DNA from: an uncultured virus (IMG/VR IMGVR_UViG_3300009509_000019)
Lineage: Duplodnaviria; Heunggongvirae; Uroviricota; Caudoviricetes
Length of the DNA stretch: 64,000 bases
Virus record (IMG/VR): IMGVR_UViG_3300009509_000019
Direction: 5' to 3' (one strand)
Shown: piece after piece, positions 1-8,615 of the stretch
How the letters are laid out: every line of letters starts with the position of its first letter
How positions within the stretch are numbered: the stretch's first letter is position 1
Position numbers and translations under genes: made by a program
The notes under the pieces: model-generated
What the model was told of the DNA's origin: nothing
What the model saw: the letters and a program-made list of their open reading frames with translations, nothing else
The model's database searches: none

Positions 1-1143
1 GGTGCGCTCAGGCTCATGGAGAAAGTCCCTGAGACTGTTGAGAAGTACAACCGTATCAGCACAGCACTGGCTATCTACAACCTGTCGGGCGGCAACATGG
101 TTGAGGTTGCTGACGGTGTGCAGGCTACCCAGTTCAACTACGATAGTGCTAACCGGGCACGACTGCTGAAAGCTGCTCCCAAGTGGGCAGGTGGTGGTCT
201 GCGTCCTCTCATCACCCCCATCATGATGTTCAAGACGTACGGCATTGGCCTCATGAGGCTACTGTACGGCAACATAGCGAAGGGGCTAGTCGGTAAGACC
301 GCAGCGGAAAGGTCACAGGCTCGTCGCATAGCAGGCGGTCTGATCGTCAGCCACACTGTCTTCGGCGGTGTCGCTGGCGGCGTAATGATGGCTCCGGTGC
401 AGTTACTGGTCGAAGCATTTAACGCAGCGTTCCGTGAGGCAGGCGACGAGTTCGATCCAGAGGAAGCAATTGAGCTGTTCCTCCAAGAGAACGCCAACGA
501 CATGGTAGCTGCTCTGGCAGCGCGGGGTGTGCCTGCGGCAATCGGTATTGACATGAGCAAGTCTATCAACCTCGGCAATTTGCTGTGGTTGGGTGATGAC
601 AGGATTGATCTGTCCAAGGCTGGCGGTGTCGAAACCATGATTGCTACTGGCCTCGGCCCTGTTGCTCAGTACGGCATCACCTCAATACGTGAGGGACATC
701 GCCTGTTCACTGGTGACCCGAAAGGAAATTGGTATGACTTTGCTGCAGCAGTCGTGCCGTTAAAGATGTTCCGAGGGATGGTACGTGGTGCGAAGTATGA
801 GTTCGAGGGAGTTGGTACTGACACCTTGACATGGATGGATCCGGATGAGGTGACTGGGTGGATCAGGATGGCTATGGGCTTCCGGCCTACCGGCGTAGCC
901 ATGAAGCAGGACTATGAGTATGGCCTGCTGGCGCGTGACACTCGTCGAGCCAAGCGCAAGTCAACTCTTATTGACCGCGCAGCTAGGGCAACCTCGTCAA
1001 CAGAGCGTGCTGCGGTGTGGGATGACATTGACTCGTTCAACAAGACGCTGCCCAGAGCAGACCGAATCACTCGGGGCGACATCGTGCGGCTTAGGTCACA
1101 GCGTCGGACTCGTCAGCGCCAATATGATAGAGGACGTCGCTGA
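1..1143 (+). CDS. C-terminal part of large internal virion/polyvalent (PLxRFG-type) protein, 5'-truncated
   Basis: Frame is open from base 1. VEKYNRISTALAIYNL...TQFNY..ANR followed by hydrophobic/Gly-rich helices resembles C-termini of large ejected proteins. Probably continues the ORF starting at 56867. Confidence 0.75.
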   Translation, partial: GALRLMEKVPETVEKYNRISTALAIYNLSGGNMVEVADGVQATQFNYDSANRARLLKAAPKWAGGGLRPLITPIMMFKTYGIGLMRLLYGNIAKGLVGKTAAERSQARRIAGGLIVSHTVFGGVAGGVMMAPVQLLVEAFNAAFREAGDEFDPEEAIELFLQENANDMVAALAARGVPAAIGIDMSKSINLGNLLWLGDDRIDLSKAGGVETMIATGLGPVAQYGITSIREGHRLFTGDPKGNWYDFAAAVVPLKMFRGMVRGAKYEFEGVGTDTLTWMDPDEVTGWIRMAMGFRPTGVAMKQDYEYGLLARDTRRAKRKSTLIDRAARATSSTERAAVWDDIDSFNKTLPRADRITRGDIVRLRSQRRTRQRQYDRGRR

Positions 1144-3859
1144 AGGTAGGATCGTCCAGCGGTATATCTATCACCGCATCTCGGGAGTGAACAGCGTTCT
1201 CAATGCCTACAGTGACTGATGCCCTACGTTCGATACAACCCTGATCTTTCAGGGCTTGCACGAGTCGGGTGTGAGGCTCCTTGTGGTGTTCGTACACCCA
1301 CTGCACGAACGGTGCCTTCTTTATCCTCACCTTGTTGTCCTCTTTGGCATAGACACCATAGATCTCGCCCCGAGGTAGTGGCGAGCGCAGGGTGCCCACT
1401 GTTGCTACACCCTTACCTGATAGATGGTCGAAGACTACAAGCTGATCCTTGTGGACGTCCAAGAACTGAAAGAGATACTTCTTGGCACGAACTTCAACAG
1501 GATCAAAGTCCATCGTCTGCTCTGAACGACTACGAATAAACTCACTAACGAGCCAGTTCGTGAACCGTTCCATGTTGATACGGGTGAACCCGAGTTTGTT
1601 TGTGATGATGGCGGCGGTGAGTAACGCCGAGCACGTAGCAACCCAGAACCTCTCCGATGATTCAGCATGGGTACGCTTACTGAACCGCAGTTTTACCTTC
1701 TCCAACAGAGGAATAAGAGTGGCATGATTGGCTACCAACCACTCAGCGTACTCACCACCAATGATACCGAAGTTATGGTCAAGCGAAGCAGACATGGCAT
1801 CAATGTCCTGCTTGCGTTGCAGATAAGGAACCGTGACCTCGAACACACGCAACAGCCCTGCATCCGTTCCGTGTACCAGATGACGTACGTGATCTGTGAT
1901 GGACTCATTCGAGGCCACGGTAATCAGTGTGTTCCAAGTGCCGACATGCTGTGTCGTAATGTTAGAGCGGAGTCTTGAACGCTCCTTACCCTGACTCACT
2001 TGGAACATTAACAGGACGAACTTCTCGACCTGATCTTTCATCCTGAGTTCATCCCAGAACGCAGGTAGATTATTAAGCTTACCCATACGATTGGCAACAG
2101 ACAGGGGGGTATCGTCAAGTGCGTTAACACCACGACGAGGGTCACCCCATACAGCCTGAGCAGTCCTAAGCGCGGTGCTCTTGCCTGTTCCACTCTTGTC
2201 CGAAACCATCGCCAAGACACATCCATTGACTCCTGTGAATGTTATAAGAGGCGCTGCAAATGCCGATAGTATGCCTGCGGTGACTGCGTGGCGATCCTCG
2301 CCTGTGAGATAGTGTGCGAGATTAACCCATGCCTCTCGACTTCCCTGCGGTGTGAAGTCCTTGACAAATTCTCGATCAAGGAACGTGACTTCCTTATCGC
2401 CCGAGCTCGAAGTAATCGTACGATCAATAAGGGTGAAAGCTGGTGCATCATCTACCTTTGTCCATCCAAGTGCAGCGGTGGGCTGGCCTACTTGCTTGGC
2501 CTGAACCATCTTGTCTGCCCATGTTGTCATGAGCCTGACGAACTCTGCGTATTCATGCGCGTGTAGTGGTACGTCACTGTTCGATAGCTCCACCACAAGT
2601 TGTCGTTTGTCTGCCAGATTCTTTGTGGTAAAGGTGACCAGCTTGTTCCCATACTTCTCCACCACGAACCTGAATACCATACCCTGCTGTGGGTCGGGAG
2701 AGGAGAAAACTTGGAAGTCATCAATCGTGAATGACAGAACCTTAACAGCCTTCTGCTCAACTTCTCCATTGTCGTTTTCTCTCTGCTCTAATCGGTAAAC
2801 AGCTTTATCATCTTGTTTGTACGGAAACGGTATTTCAGAACCATCACTCTCGCGCCCAAGAACAATCGGACTTTTGATCCGTCCACTAAATCGACAAGCC
2901 TTGCATTTCTCGGGGAGATACATGCCCAACGTCTTACAAAGAGGCGGGCCAAACTTACCTTGATCTTTGACACGAACCCGCTGCGCATACTTCTTCTCCG
3001 TCCGTTGGTAATCATATCCCGGGTGCTGATCCGATAGGCTATGGATGTACTCTGAACCATCAACCGTGTATGCCATAAGAGAGAGTTGAGCCATCCAAAG
3101 CGGCTCAACTTGATCGGCTCCGCCCGTCTCATAAGTGTGCTTGAGCACAAGACACTTCTCGATGATCTTGTTAGCGAAGAAGGGCGTGTCGCTGTGTGTA
3201 TGGAACTCAAAGTCTGATTCCTGAGCCAGCGAACCCAACGCTTGAAGTGATTTCGATTTGCTGGTGCCAAGGAGTTCTCTCAGTGTCTTTGGTTTGTAAT
3301 CTTTTGGTGAGGCGTGGAGTATCCTTACTGGTCGGGCTTCTTCACCTTTGACGTTGAATGTCCCCGGGACTCTGAGGATGCGTGCTGCGTCTGCCGTGAC
3401 TGTTGGGTCTGCTGCCAATCCGTAGAGTTCGCAACGCTCTTTAAGTGCTCCTGCCAACGGGAGCCAGCTTTGCGTGGAAATCTCATGGCTAAGCGTCCAG
3501 TACGCATGGATACCTCCTCCGCTGTCTACAAGAATGGTTGGACGACAGAAGTGTTCGTCACAGAAACTGAATAGTTCTTTGACAGCAGTCTTCTTGTCGC
3601 TATATAACTTTCCGTCTCCGCAGTCGATATCAAGATACAGTGATCTTTTGTTGACACACTCGTCTGCGGTACGGTGTTCAGTAAAGCTACCAGTCGCAAA
3701 ATAAACGTCGCATCTTTTTTGCTTACATCTATCCGCATAAGATACGAGTGCGTCAATGTCTCGTAGTTTGTGTTGAGAAAATCGTCTATTGGCAACGACG
3801 GCTCCGAAGTAATTGCCGTCTTGTGGGAGGATTCGTTGCAGGAATTCTTTGGCATCCAT
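1091..3859 (-). CDS. DNA primase-helicase (prim-pol domain, Cys cluster, DUF927-type helicase)
   Basis: LYLDID, DSGGGIHAYW and DAARILRVPGTFN primase motifs; C..CKAC; Walker A SGTGKST; Walker B FWDE. Confidence 0.9.
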   Translation of the reverse strand: MDAKEFLQRILPQDGNYFGAVVANRRFSQHKLRDIDALVSYADRCKQKRCDVYFATGSFTEHRTADECVNKRSLYLDIDCGDGKLYSDKKTAVKELFSFCDEHFCRPTILVDSGGGIHAYWTLSHEISTQSWLPLAGALKERCELYGLAADPTVTADAARILRVPGTFNVKGEEARPVRILHASPKDYKPKTLRELLGTSKSKSLQALGSLAQESDFEFHTHSDTPFFANKIIEKCLVLKHTYETGGADQVEPLWMAQLSLMAYTVDGSEYIHSLSDQHPGYDYQRTEKKYAQRVRVKDQGKFGPPLCKTLGMYLPEKCKACRFSGRIKSPIVLGRESDGSEIPFPYKQDDKAVYRLEQRENDNGEVEQKAVKVLSFTIDDFQVFSSPDPQQGMVFRFVVEKYGNKLVTFTTKNLADKRQLVVELSNSDVPLHAHEYAEFVRLMTTWADKMVQAKQVGQPTAALGWTKVDDAPAFTLIDRTITSSSGDKEVTFLDREFVKDFTPQGSREAWVNLAHYLTGEDRHAVTAGILSAFAAPLITFTGVNGCVLAMVSDKSGTGKSTALRTAQAVWGDPRRGVNALDDTPLSVANRMGKLNNLPAFWDELRMKDQVEKFVLLMFQVSQGKERSRLRSNITTQHVGTWNTLITVASNESITDHVRHLVHGTDAGLLRVFEVTVPYLQRKQDIDAMSASLDHNFGIIGGEYAEWLVANHATLIPLLEKVKLRFSKRTHAESSERFWVATCSALLTAAIITNKLGFTRINMERFTNWLVSEFIRSRSEQTMDFDPVEVRAKKYLFQFLDVHKDQLVVFDHLSGKGVATVGTLRSPLPRGEIYGVYAKEDNKVRIKKAPFVQWVYEHHKEPHTRLVQALKDQGCIERRASVTVGIENAVHSRDAVIDIPLDDPTFSDVLYHIGADESDAVT

Positions 3860-3877
3860 CTTGCCTTTATCTCCGTG

Positions 3878-3912
3878 GGAAGGTCGGGCGGCCCATCACC
3901 ACCCGACCTTCC
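3878..3912 (-). promoter_or_regulatory. Intergenic stem-loop without U-tract between SSB-like gene and primase
   Basis: GGAAGGTCGGG/CCCGACCTTCC 11-bp perfect stem, extended to 15 bp by G-U pairs on the minus strand. Confidence 0.65.
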
Positions 3913-3924
3913 ATCGTAGTACCA

Positions 3925-4872
3925 TCAGTCGAGGTTGTCGAGCGATCCGAGAATGTCGTCAAGCTCGGCATCAAGCTCGTCGTCTGACTCGTCAGTCGTT
4001 GCTACTTCCTCCTTCTCTGGCTCTGGTTCTGCCTTCGGTTCTGCCTTCTTTGCAGGCGCTTTAGCCTTCGCTTTAGGCTCAGCCTTTGGAGGCTCCTCGA
4101 ACAGAGGCTCATCATCTGCTTCCACATTGGTCGGCACTACCTCCAAGTCCTTGGCAAGAACTGCCTCGATCTTGTCTGCGAACTCGTGGTCATTAAGGAG
4201 TTGGATGATCTCATCTGCCTCGTCATCAGTGAGAGGACGGACAGCGTTGAACTCCAACTTCGGGAAGCTGACCGAGTGGTCAAAACTTACCCGAGTAACG
4301 ATGGTGTTGTACGGGAAGCCACGGTTCGTCATCTTCTTGCCGTACTGCGACAGGTTTGACAGTGACGATGCGGGTACGCGAAGGAGCATCGGGCCACCAT
4401 ACACCTCATTCTTGAAGTCACCCTCAGGGATAACAGCCAAGCGACGGCTGTCGCTGCAAGCCTTGACCTTCTTGCCCGCATCAGTGACCCGAGAGCCAAA
4501 GACATTCTTGGGGCAGACGGCACAGGACGCAGCCTGCTTATCCGCCGCTGGATCTGGTGTAATCCCGTCAATAGACCAGCAGGCAGGCGCTTCATTACTA
4601 CCCTCCTCGTAGCCACCGGCATAGTAGTTCTTGCTGACGTTGGGGCTGGCTTTTACCAGCACGAGGCGCAGCGAGCCTACCGGATCGCCCGTTTCGTTGT
4701 CGGTGATGGTGGTTTCCTCATCCCCCACCTTAACGTGCCACCTAGAGCCTCTGATTGAGAGTACGCTGTACCCACCACGGACACCACTCGACAGGTCTTG
4801 GTTGTCCCCGCCAAGTGTGTCCACCAACTTCTGAGGGACTTTGCCCCCTGTAAACTGAGCAATTTCGCCCAT
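3925..4872 (-). CDS. Putative single-stranded DNA-binding protein
   Basis: Lies in the replication module. CWS.DG..P, C..CP.N..GS and K.C...RRLAV motifs, Lys/Pro linker and strongly acidic tail. Confidence 0.7.
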   Translation of the reverse strand: MGEIAQFTGGKVPQKLVDTLGGDNQDLSSGVRGGYSVLSIRGSRWHVKVGDEETTITDNETGDPVGSLRLVLVKASPNVSKNYYAGGYEEGSNEAPACWSIDGITPDPAADKQAASCAVCPKNVFGSRVTDAGKKVKACSDSRRLAVIPEGDFKNEVYGGPMLLRVPASSLSNLSQYGKKMTNRGFPYNTIVTRVSFDHSVSFPKLEFNAVRPLTDDEADEIIQLLNDHEFADKIEAVLAKDLEVVPTNVEADDEPLFEEPPKAEPKAKAKAPAKKAEPKAEPEPEKEEVATTDESDDELDAELDDILGSLDNLD

Positions 4873-4876
4873 TGAT

Positions 4877-5275
4877 TTATCTCCTTACTCGTACGACTTG
4901 CGTCACTTCATAATGGACACCGGGGACAACCTCTCCGGTTTCCTCAAGGTAGTCCTTGACTACCGATTTCGAGGCGCGGTTCTCAATTAAGTCCCACTTC
5001 TCATTCTCGATCACGAACTTGAGGTAGGCGTCACGATCCTTGACCGTGGCCCTCGCATCCGTGGAGAGATAGGCTGTGCCAGCAGCAGTCTTCTGGCTCT
5101 GTACGTGCCTGTTCAGGAGGTCACGTTGGAGCCATGCTTCCAGCGTTGCCATCTTCTCGTTGATTGGGGCCAGCTCCTCGCTGTGCCGTTTCTTGATCTC
5201 GTTCTTCTTGTCACGCAGCTTGACGAAACCGCGCACAACATCTTCAACGTTTGGTGTACCCATATCCTGCTCCAT
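4877..5275 (-). CDS. Conserved phage replication-region protein (coiled-coil N-terminus, VPGV C-terminus)
   Basis: 132-aa ORF colinear with neighbours. Its architecture is common beside SSB genes in PolA phages. Confidence 0.6.
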   Translation of the reverse strand: MEQDMGTPNVEDVVRGFVKLRDKKNEIKKRHSEELAPINEKMATLEAWLQRDLLNRHVQSQKTAAGTAYLSTDARATVKDRDAYLKFVIENEKWDLIENRASKSVVKDYLEETGEVVPGVHYEVTQVVRVRR

Positions 5276-5299
5276 GGTTTTTTTCAGATTTTAAGATGC

Positions 5300-5315
5300 G
5301 CATATTATACACCCA
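5300..5315 (-). promoter_or_regulatory. Putative internal promoter -10 element overlapping the helicase stop codon
   Basis: Minus strand reads TGGGTG-TATAAT-ATGC (TATAAT at 5309-5304), 15/16 identical to the core of the promoter at 16728. The -35 is poor. Confidence 0.55.
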
Positions 5316-6855
5316 TCTCTTGTTCTTTGAACATCTGTAAAAGCACATTCTGAACTTTTTGATTTCTTGCCAATCGCTTGAATATCCTCCTCTCTACTGG
5401 TGTTGCGGTTAGGTGAATGACGTTCATGTGTTGCGTCTGACCCGGACGAGTAATACGGGCATTAGCCTGCATATACGTCTCAAGGCTGTGAGTCGGCGTG
5501 TACCAGATAATTGTGGAGGCACATTGGAGATTGATGCCGTGGGCCATGCAGCCGGGATGAGCAACAAGAACTCGGTGAGTTTCAGACCCACGGAATAACG
5601 CGATGGATTTGTCTCGTTCGGCCTTGGGGGTAGCGCCGGTGATCGCCAATGGAGTGCTATGGAAGTTGAGAACATGCTCAAGCATAGCCACAGCCCATTT
5701 GTAGCTAGCAAAAACGATAACCTTCCCCGCTGACTCGGCAACCAGATCGAGGACGATCCGGAGCCTGCCTTTTGCATCAAGATATTCCCCGCGACCGTCC
5801 TTAGTGTATGCGAACCCTGCGCCGACCTGAATGAGTTTGTTGAGCCTCGCTGCCTCATTGACGACAGTAATCGTGCCCGCTTTTCTGCTATCCATTGCAT
5901 ACTCATTCATTAACTGCTTGTAGGCGGCCTTCTGACGCGCTGACAACGGCGCTTCGCGTGCTGATACGGTGATAGGAGGAAGGTCGTGGCAGTCTTCCAG
6001 CGTGAACCTGATGGACGGCTGCATGGCCTCATGGACGATATCATTGGCCTCCTCCCGGGGCACCCAACGGAACTGACTGATCTGCCGCATCGTCTGCTGT
6101 TGGAAAGCTCGATACGACATGGCCATACGGGATGGTGTCAGGAGCTTGACCTGACCGTAGGCATCAGTCGGGCCGTTCGGGGTGGGTGCCCCGGTCAACC
6201 CCCAAGAATAAGCCGCGTTCCCCACTATCGGTTTCAGCGACTTCCACCTGTTGGTGCGCCTGTTTCTGTACACAGCCAACTCGTCGATAATAACGCAATC
6301 GAACTTCTTGGCAAGGAGGTCTTTCTGGATGGTGCCAATACCGTCATGGTTTATGATATAGATGTGGTGGTCTTCCCCTAAGACCTTGAGCCGCTTGGCG
6401 CGAGTTCCATGGAGCACTCCCGCTTTCAGGTGGTGGAAAACCTCGAAAATCTCGTTCTCCCACACCGGGACTAGGGTACTCAGGGGAGCCACCACAAGAC
6501 AGTTGCCCACAAGACCTTGCTCACGGAGAAAGTCGTAGGCGAATAGGGCGGCCCGGGTCTTCCCGACTCCCATACTAGACAATACGTACGCACGCTTGGA
6601 GGCGGTAAGCATTGCGGCGGTTTCACGCTGAGAGTCGAATGGGGTAGACCCAGACCATTGATACTTGTGGTCGATGGGAGCAGGAGCATCTACTCCCAAG
6701 TTCCTGAGGAGACGTACTATGTCGTCCTCAAACTTGACGGACAGCAGAGCTCTGCCGTTGTGCTTAAACGGCTTGCTCTCAGGAACTAAATTATGAACGT
6801 CCTTGCGGTACGGTAGTACCAGTGCGTTGTGACGTGTACTGACTAGAACAGCCAT
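5305..6855 (-). CDS. SNF2-family superfamily II helicase
   Basis: MGVGKT, IIDE, LTGAPTPN, HGINLQ and QANARITRPGQ helicase motifs. Confidence 0.93.
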   Translation of the reverse strand: MAVLVSTRHNALVLPYRKDVHNLVPESKPFKHNGRALLSVKFEDDIVRLLRNLGVDAPAPIDHKYQWSGSTPFDSQRETAAMLTASKRAYVLSSMGVGKTRAALFAYDFLREQGLVGNCLVVAPLSTLVPVWENEIFEVFHHLKAGVLHGTRAKRLKVLGEDHHIYIINHDGIGTIQKDLLAKKFDCVIIDELAVYRNRRTNRWKSLKPIVGNAAYSWGLTGAPTPNGPTDAYGQVKLLTPSRMAMSYRAFQQQTMRQISQFRWVPREEANDIVHEAMQPSIRFTLEDCHDLPPITVSAREAPLSARQKAAYKQLMNEYAMDSRKAGTITVVNEAARLNKLIQVGAGFAYTKDGRGEYLDAKGRLRIVLDLVAESAGKVIVFASYKWAVAMLEHVLNFHSTPLAITGATPKAERDKSIALFRGSETHRVLVAHPGCMAHGINLQCASTIIWYTPTHSLETYMQANARITRPGQTQHMNVIHLTATPVERRIFKRLARNQKVQNVLLQMFKEQEMGV

Positions 6856-7133
6856 AGTCTCAACGCCTCGTATTCTTCTGGGTTGCCAGAGATCACAAAC
6901 ACTTTCATGCCTGCACGTTCCATTTCTTTGATGATGGCGAGTTGCCTCGTTGTTGGTTTCTTGCCCGGAGCTTTTGTCTCAATAGCGAACGCACGACCAC
7001 GACTGCATCCGAGATAATCGAGCGTCGGGCTCCCGTACCCGGTTTGAACTGGCATAAAGTAGTAAACTTCCTGCCCCGCCTTAAGTAGTTGAGAAACTCG
7101 ACGTTTGACTTTTCCTTCTGGGGTATCAGCCAT
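6843..7133 (-). CDS. VRR-NUC domain nuclease
   Basis: PEGKVK...G.PTLDYL...AIETKAPGKKPT.RQ, a PD-(D/E)xK VRR-NUC pattern. Confidence 0.88.
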   Translation of the reverse strand: MADTPEGKVKRRVSQLLKAGQEVYYFMPVQTGYGSPTLDYLGCSRGRAFAIETKAPGKKPTTRQLAIIKEMERAGMKVFVISGNPEEYEALRLWLF

Positions 7134-7134
7134 G

Positions 7135-7743
7135 TCATATCCTGTCTAGGTTCCACTTAATGTCGTGTGGTCTTGGTGTGCCATGAAACGCCACGATCTT
7201 TGCATTGGGCGGCACAGCCTTGAACATCACATCAAACTTGTAACTGACGAGAGCACCCGGAAAGATTTGTTCAATAGAGGTTACGGGTATTCCCACGTTC
7301 TCGTATATGAACCACTGGTCACCCCATTTCCCACCGCGTCCGTAGCGCCTTAACATCCCTCCATCCACTGGTACGTCCAAGTGGCTAAGGTCTTGCGTTC
7401 CATCCCATGCCATGAACGTACTATTAGGGCCGTTCTGTTTCGTCCAATCAGTGCCCATGGTGAACTTATGGGGGTACGTAAAGATGTCGGTAACGTCATC
7501 AACAAGAATAGTGTCAAGGTCAAGATAGACAACAGGGCCGTTGAAGCGGCCTTTCTTGAACAGTTCCAGCTTGATCCAGAATCCGGGTGCTTTGGGTGGT
7601 GTGGGTCTTGTTGGCGAAACGATGTGGAAGTCGTAGTCCCATTTCAGATGCTCGGCAACGTTCTTTTCCAGCCGATCAACGTACTCGGCGGTGAAGCCGT
7701 CGCCGTACTTATAGGCACACGCTACTGTCAGCTTATTCGCCAT
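7135..7743 (-). CDS. Glycosyltransferase, GT-A fold
   Basis: GFWIKLELF, DxD motif YLDLD, NS, GDQ.FI and FHG.PRP are typical of GT8-like phage glycosyltransferases. Confidence 0.82.
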   Translation of the reverse strand: MANKLTVACAYKYGDGFTAEYVDRLEKNVAEHLKWDYDFHIVSPTRPTPPKAPGFWIKLELFKKGRFNGPVVYLDLDTILVDDVTDIFTYPHKFTMGTDWTKQNGPNSTFMAWDGTQDLSHLDVPVDGGMLRRYGRGGKWGDQWFIYENVGIPVTSIEQIFPGALVSYKFDVMFKAVPPNAKIVAFHGTPRPHDIKWNLDRI

Positions 7744-8443
7744 GGTGAGGACACTTGGTTACGGGACAATGTCGTTTGCATAAGCCACTCGGTCTAGCGG
7801 GGAAGGACTCGGTTCGGTGTGCCTTCTCGTACTTACGGATGCGCGGCATTACGTCCAGAATGATGTTCTTGATATCATCCCGGGTAAGCCGCTGTTCGTC
7901 GCGGGTTATCGCTTTTTCCCTTGTCCACAAGAAGCAGAGATCAACTGTGTGTATCTCTGGCATGTGGAGCATCAGCATCGCACCCGCAAGCCGAAGCTGC
8001 GTGAAATCGTCGCTGATCTTTCCAGTCTTGTAGTCAACAACGACAGCGTGTGGCGGGTTGACTACTGCAAGGTCGATTATAGCACGACACCACGTTTGCT
8101 TGCTGAACCAATCGCATGGTTCAAAGCTGTTGTCTATGGCGAGTTGCTGCTCTGTGAGTTTCTGCCCTGACGAGCTTGCGAGCTTCCCCGCGAGCTTTTC
8201 CAAATGCCTAAGGTGAAGTGGTAGAGCCTTGTCCTTGCCCACACGTAGTTCCAAAGCCTTGTGAACTTCTTTGCCGTAACGCATGTGCTCCGACTCAGGT
8301 TCGATAACGTCTTTTCGTACAGACGTATGCCAGAACTTTTTAGGACAGGTTTCAAAACTGTTGAGCCTGCTGAATGACCATGCGGTCTGCTTAGCTTTTT
8401 TCGTTGGCAAGTTTTCGCTCCAATGTCTGTACTGCAAACTCAA
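7733..8443 (-). CDS. PD-(D/E)xK exonuclease (Cas4/RecB-like)
   Basis: WSFSRL..F..CP, G..VH, IDL...VVDYKTGK, QL and C-terminal C...CP...C cluster. Confidence 0.9.
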   Translation of the reverse strand: MSLQYRHWSENLPTKKAKQTAWSFSRLNSFETCPKKFWHTSVRKDVIEPESEHMRYGKEVHKALELRVGKDKALPLHLRHLEKLAGKLASSSGQKLTEQQLAIDNSFEPCDWFSKQTWCRAIIDLAVVNPPHAVVVDYKTGKISDDFTQLRLAGAMLMLHMPEIHTVDLCFLWTREKAITRDEQRLTRDDIKNIILDVMPRIRKYEKAHRTESFPARPSGLCKRHCPVTKCPHHGE

Positions 8444-8615
8444 TTATGTTTCTCGCTCCAACCTCTGCGATCATCATTTCTGCTACCAGTGGGTTGTTGA
8501 CCAAGGCTGTAGCAGTACGAGACATACCTTGAATCCTCTTACCAACTCCGAGGCGCATTAGCCTTTCTGCTAACAACACATCTTCGTACTCGAACAAATC
8601 ATTTTGCGTCGGCAT
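8391..8615 (-). CDS. Hypothetical protein
   Basis: Short ORF with GGAG RBS that fills the gap between polymerase and exonuclease. Confidence 0.55.
   Translation of the reverse strand: MPTQNDLFEYEDVLLAERLMRLGVGKRIQGMSRTATALVNNPLVAEMMIAEVGARNIIEFAVQTLERKLANEKS

Noticed and set aside
7733..8443. CRISPR-associated cas4
   Set aside because: It is a standalone exonuclease in a replication operon, with no other cas genes or array.
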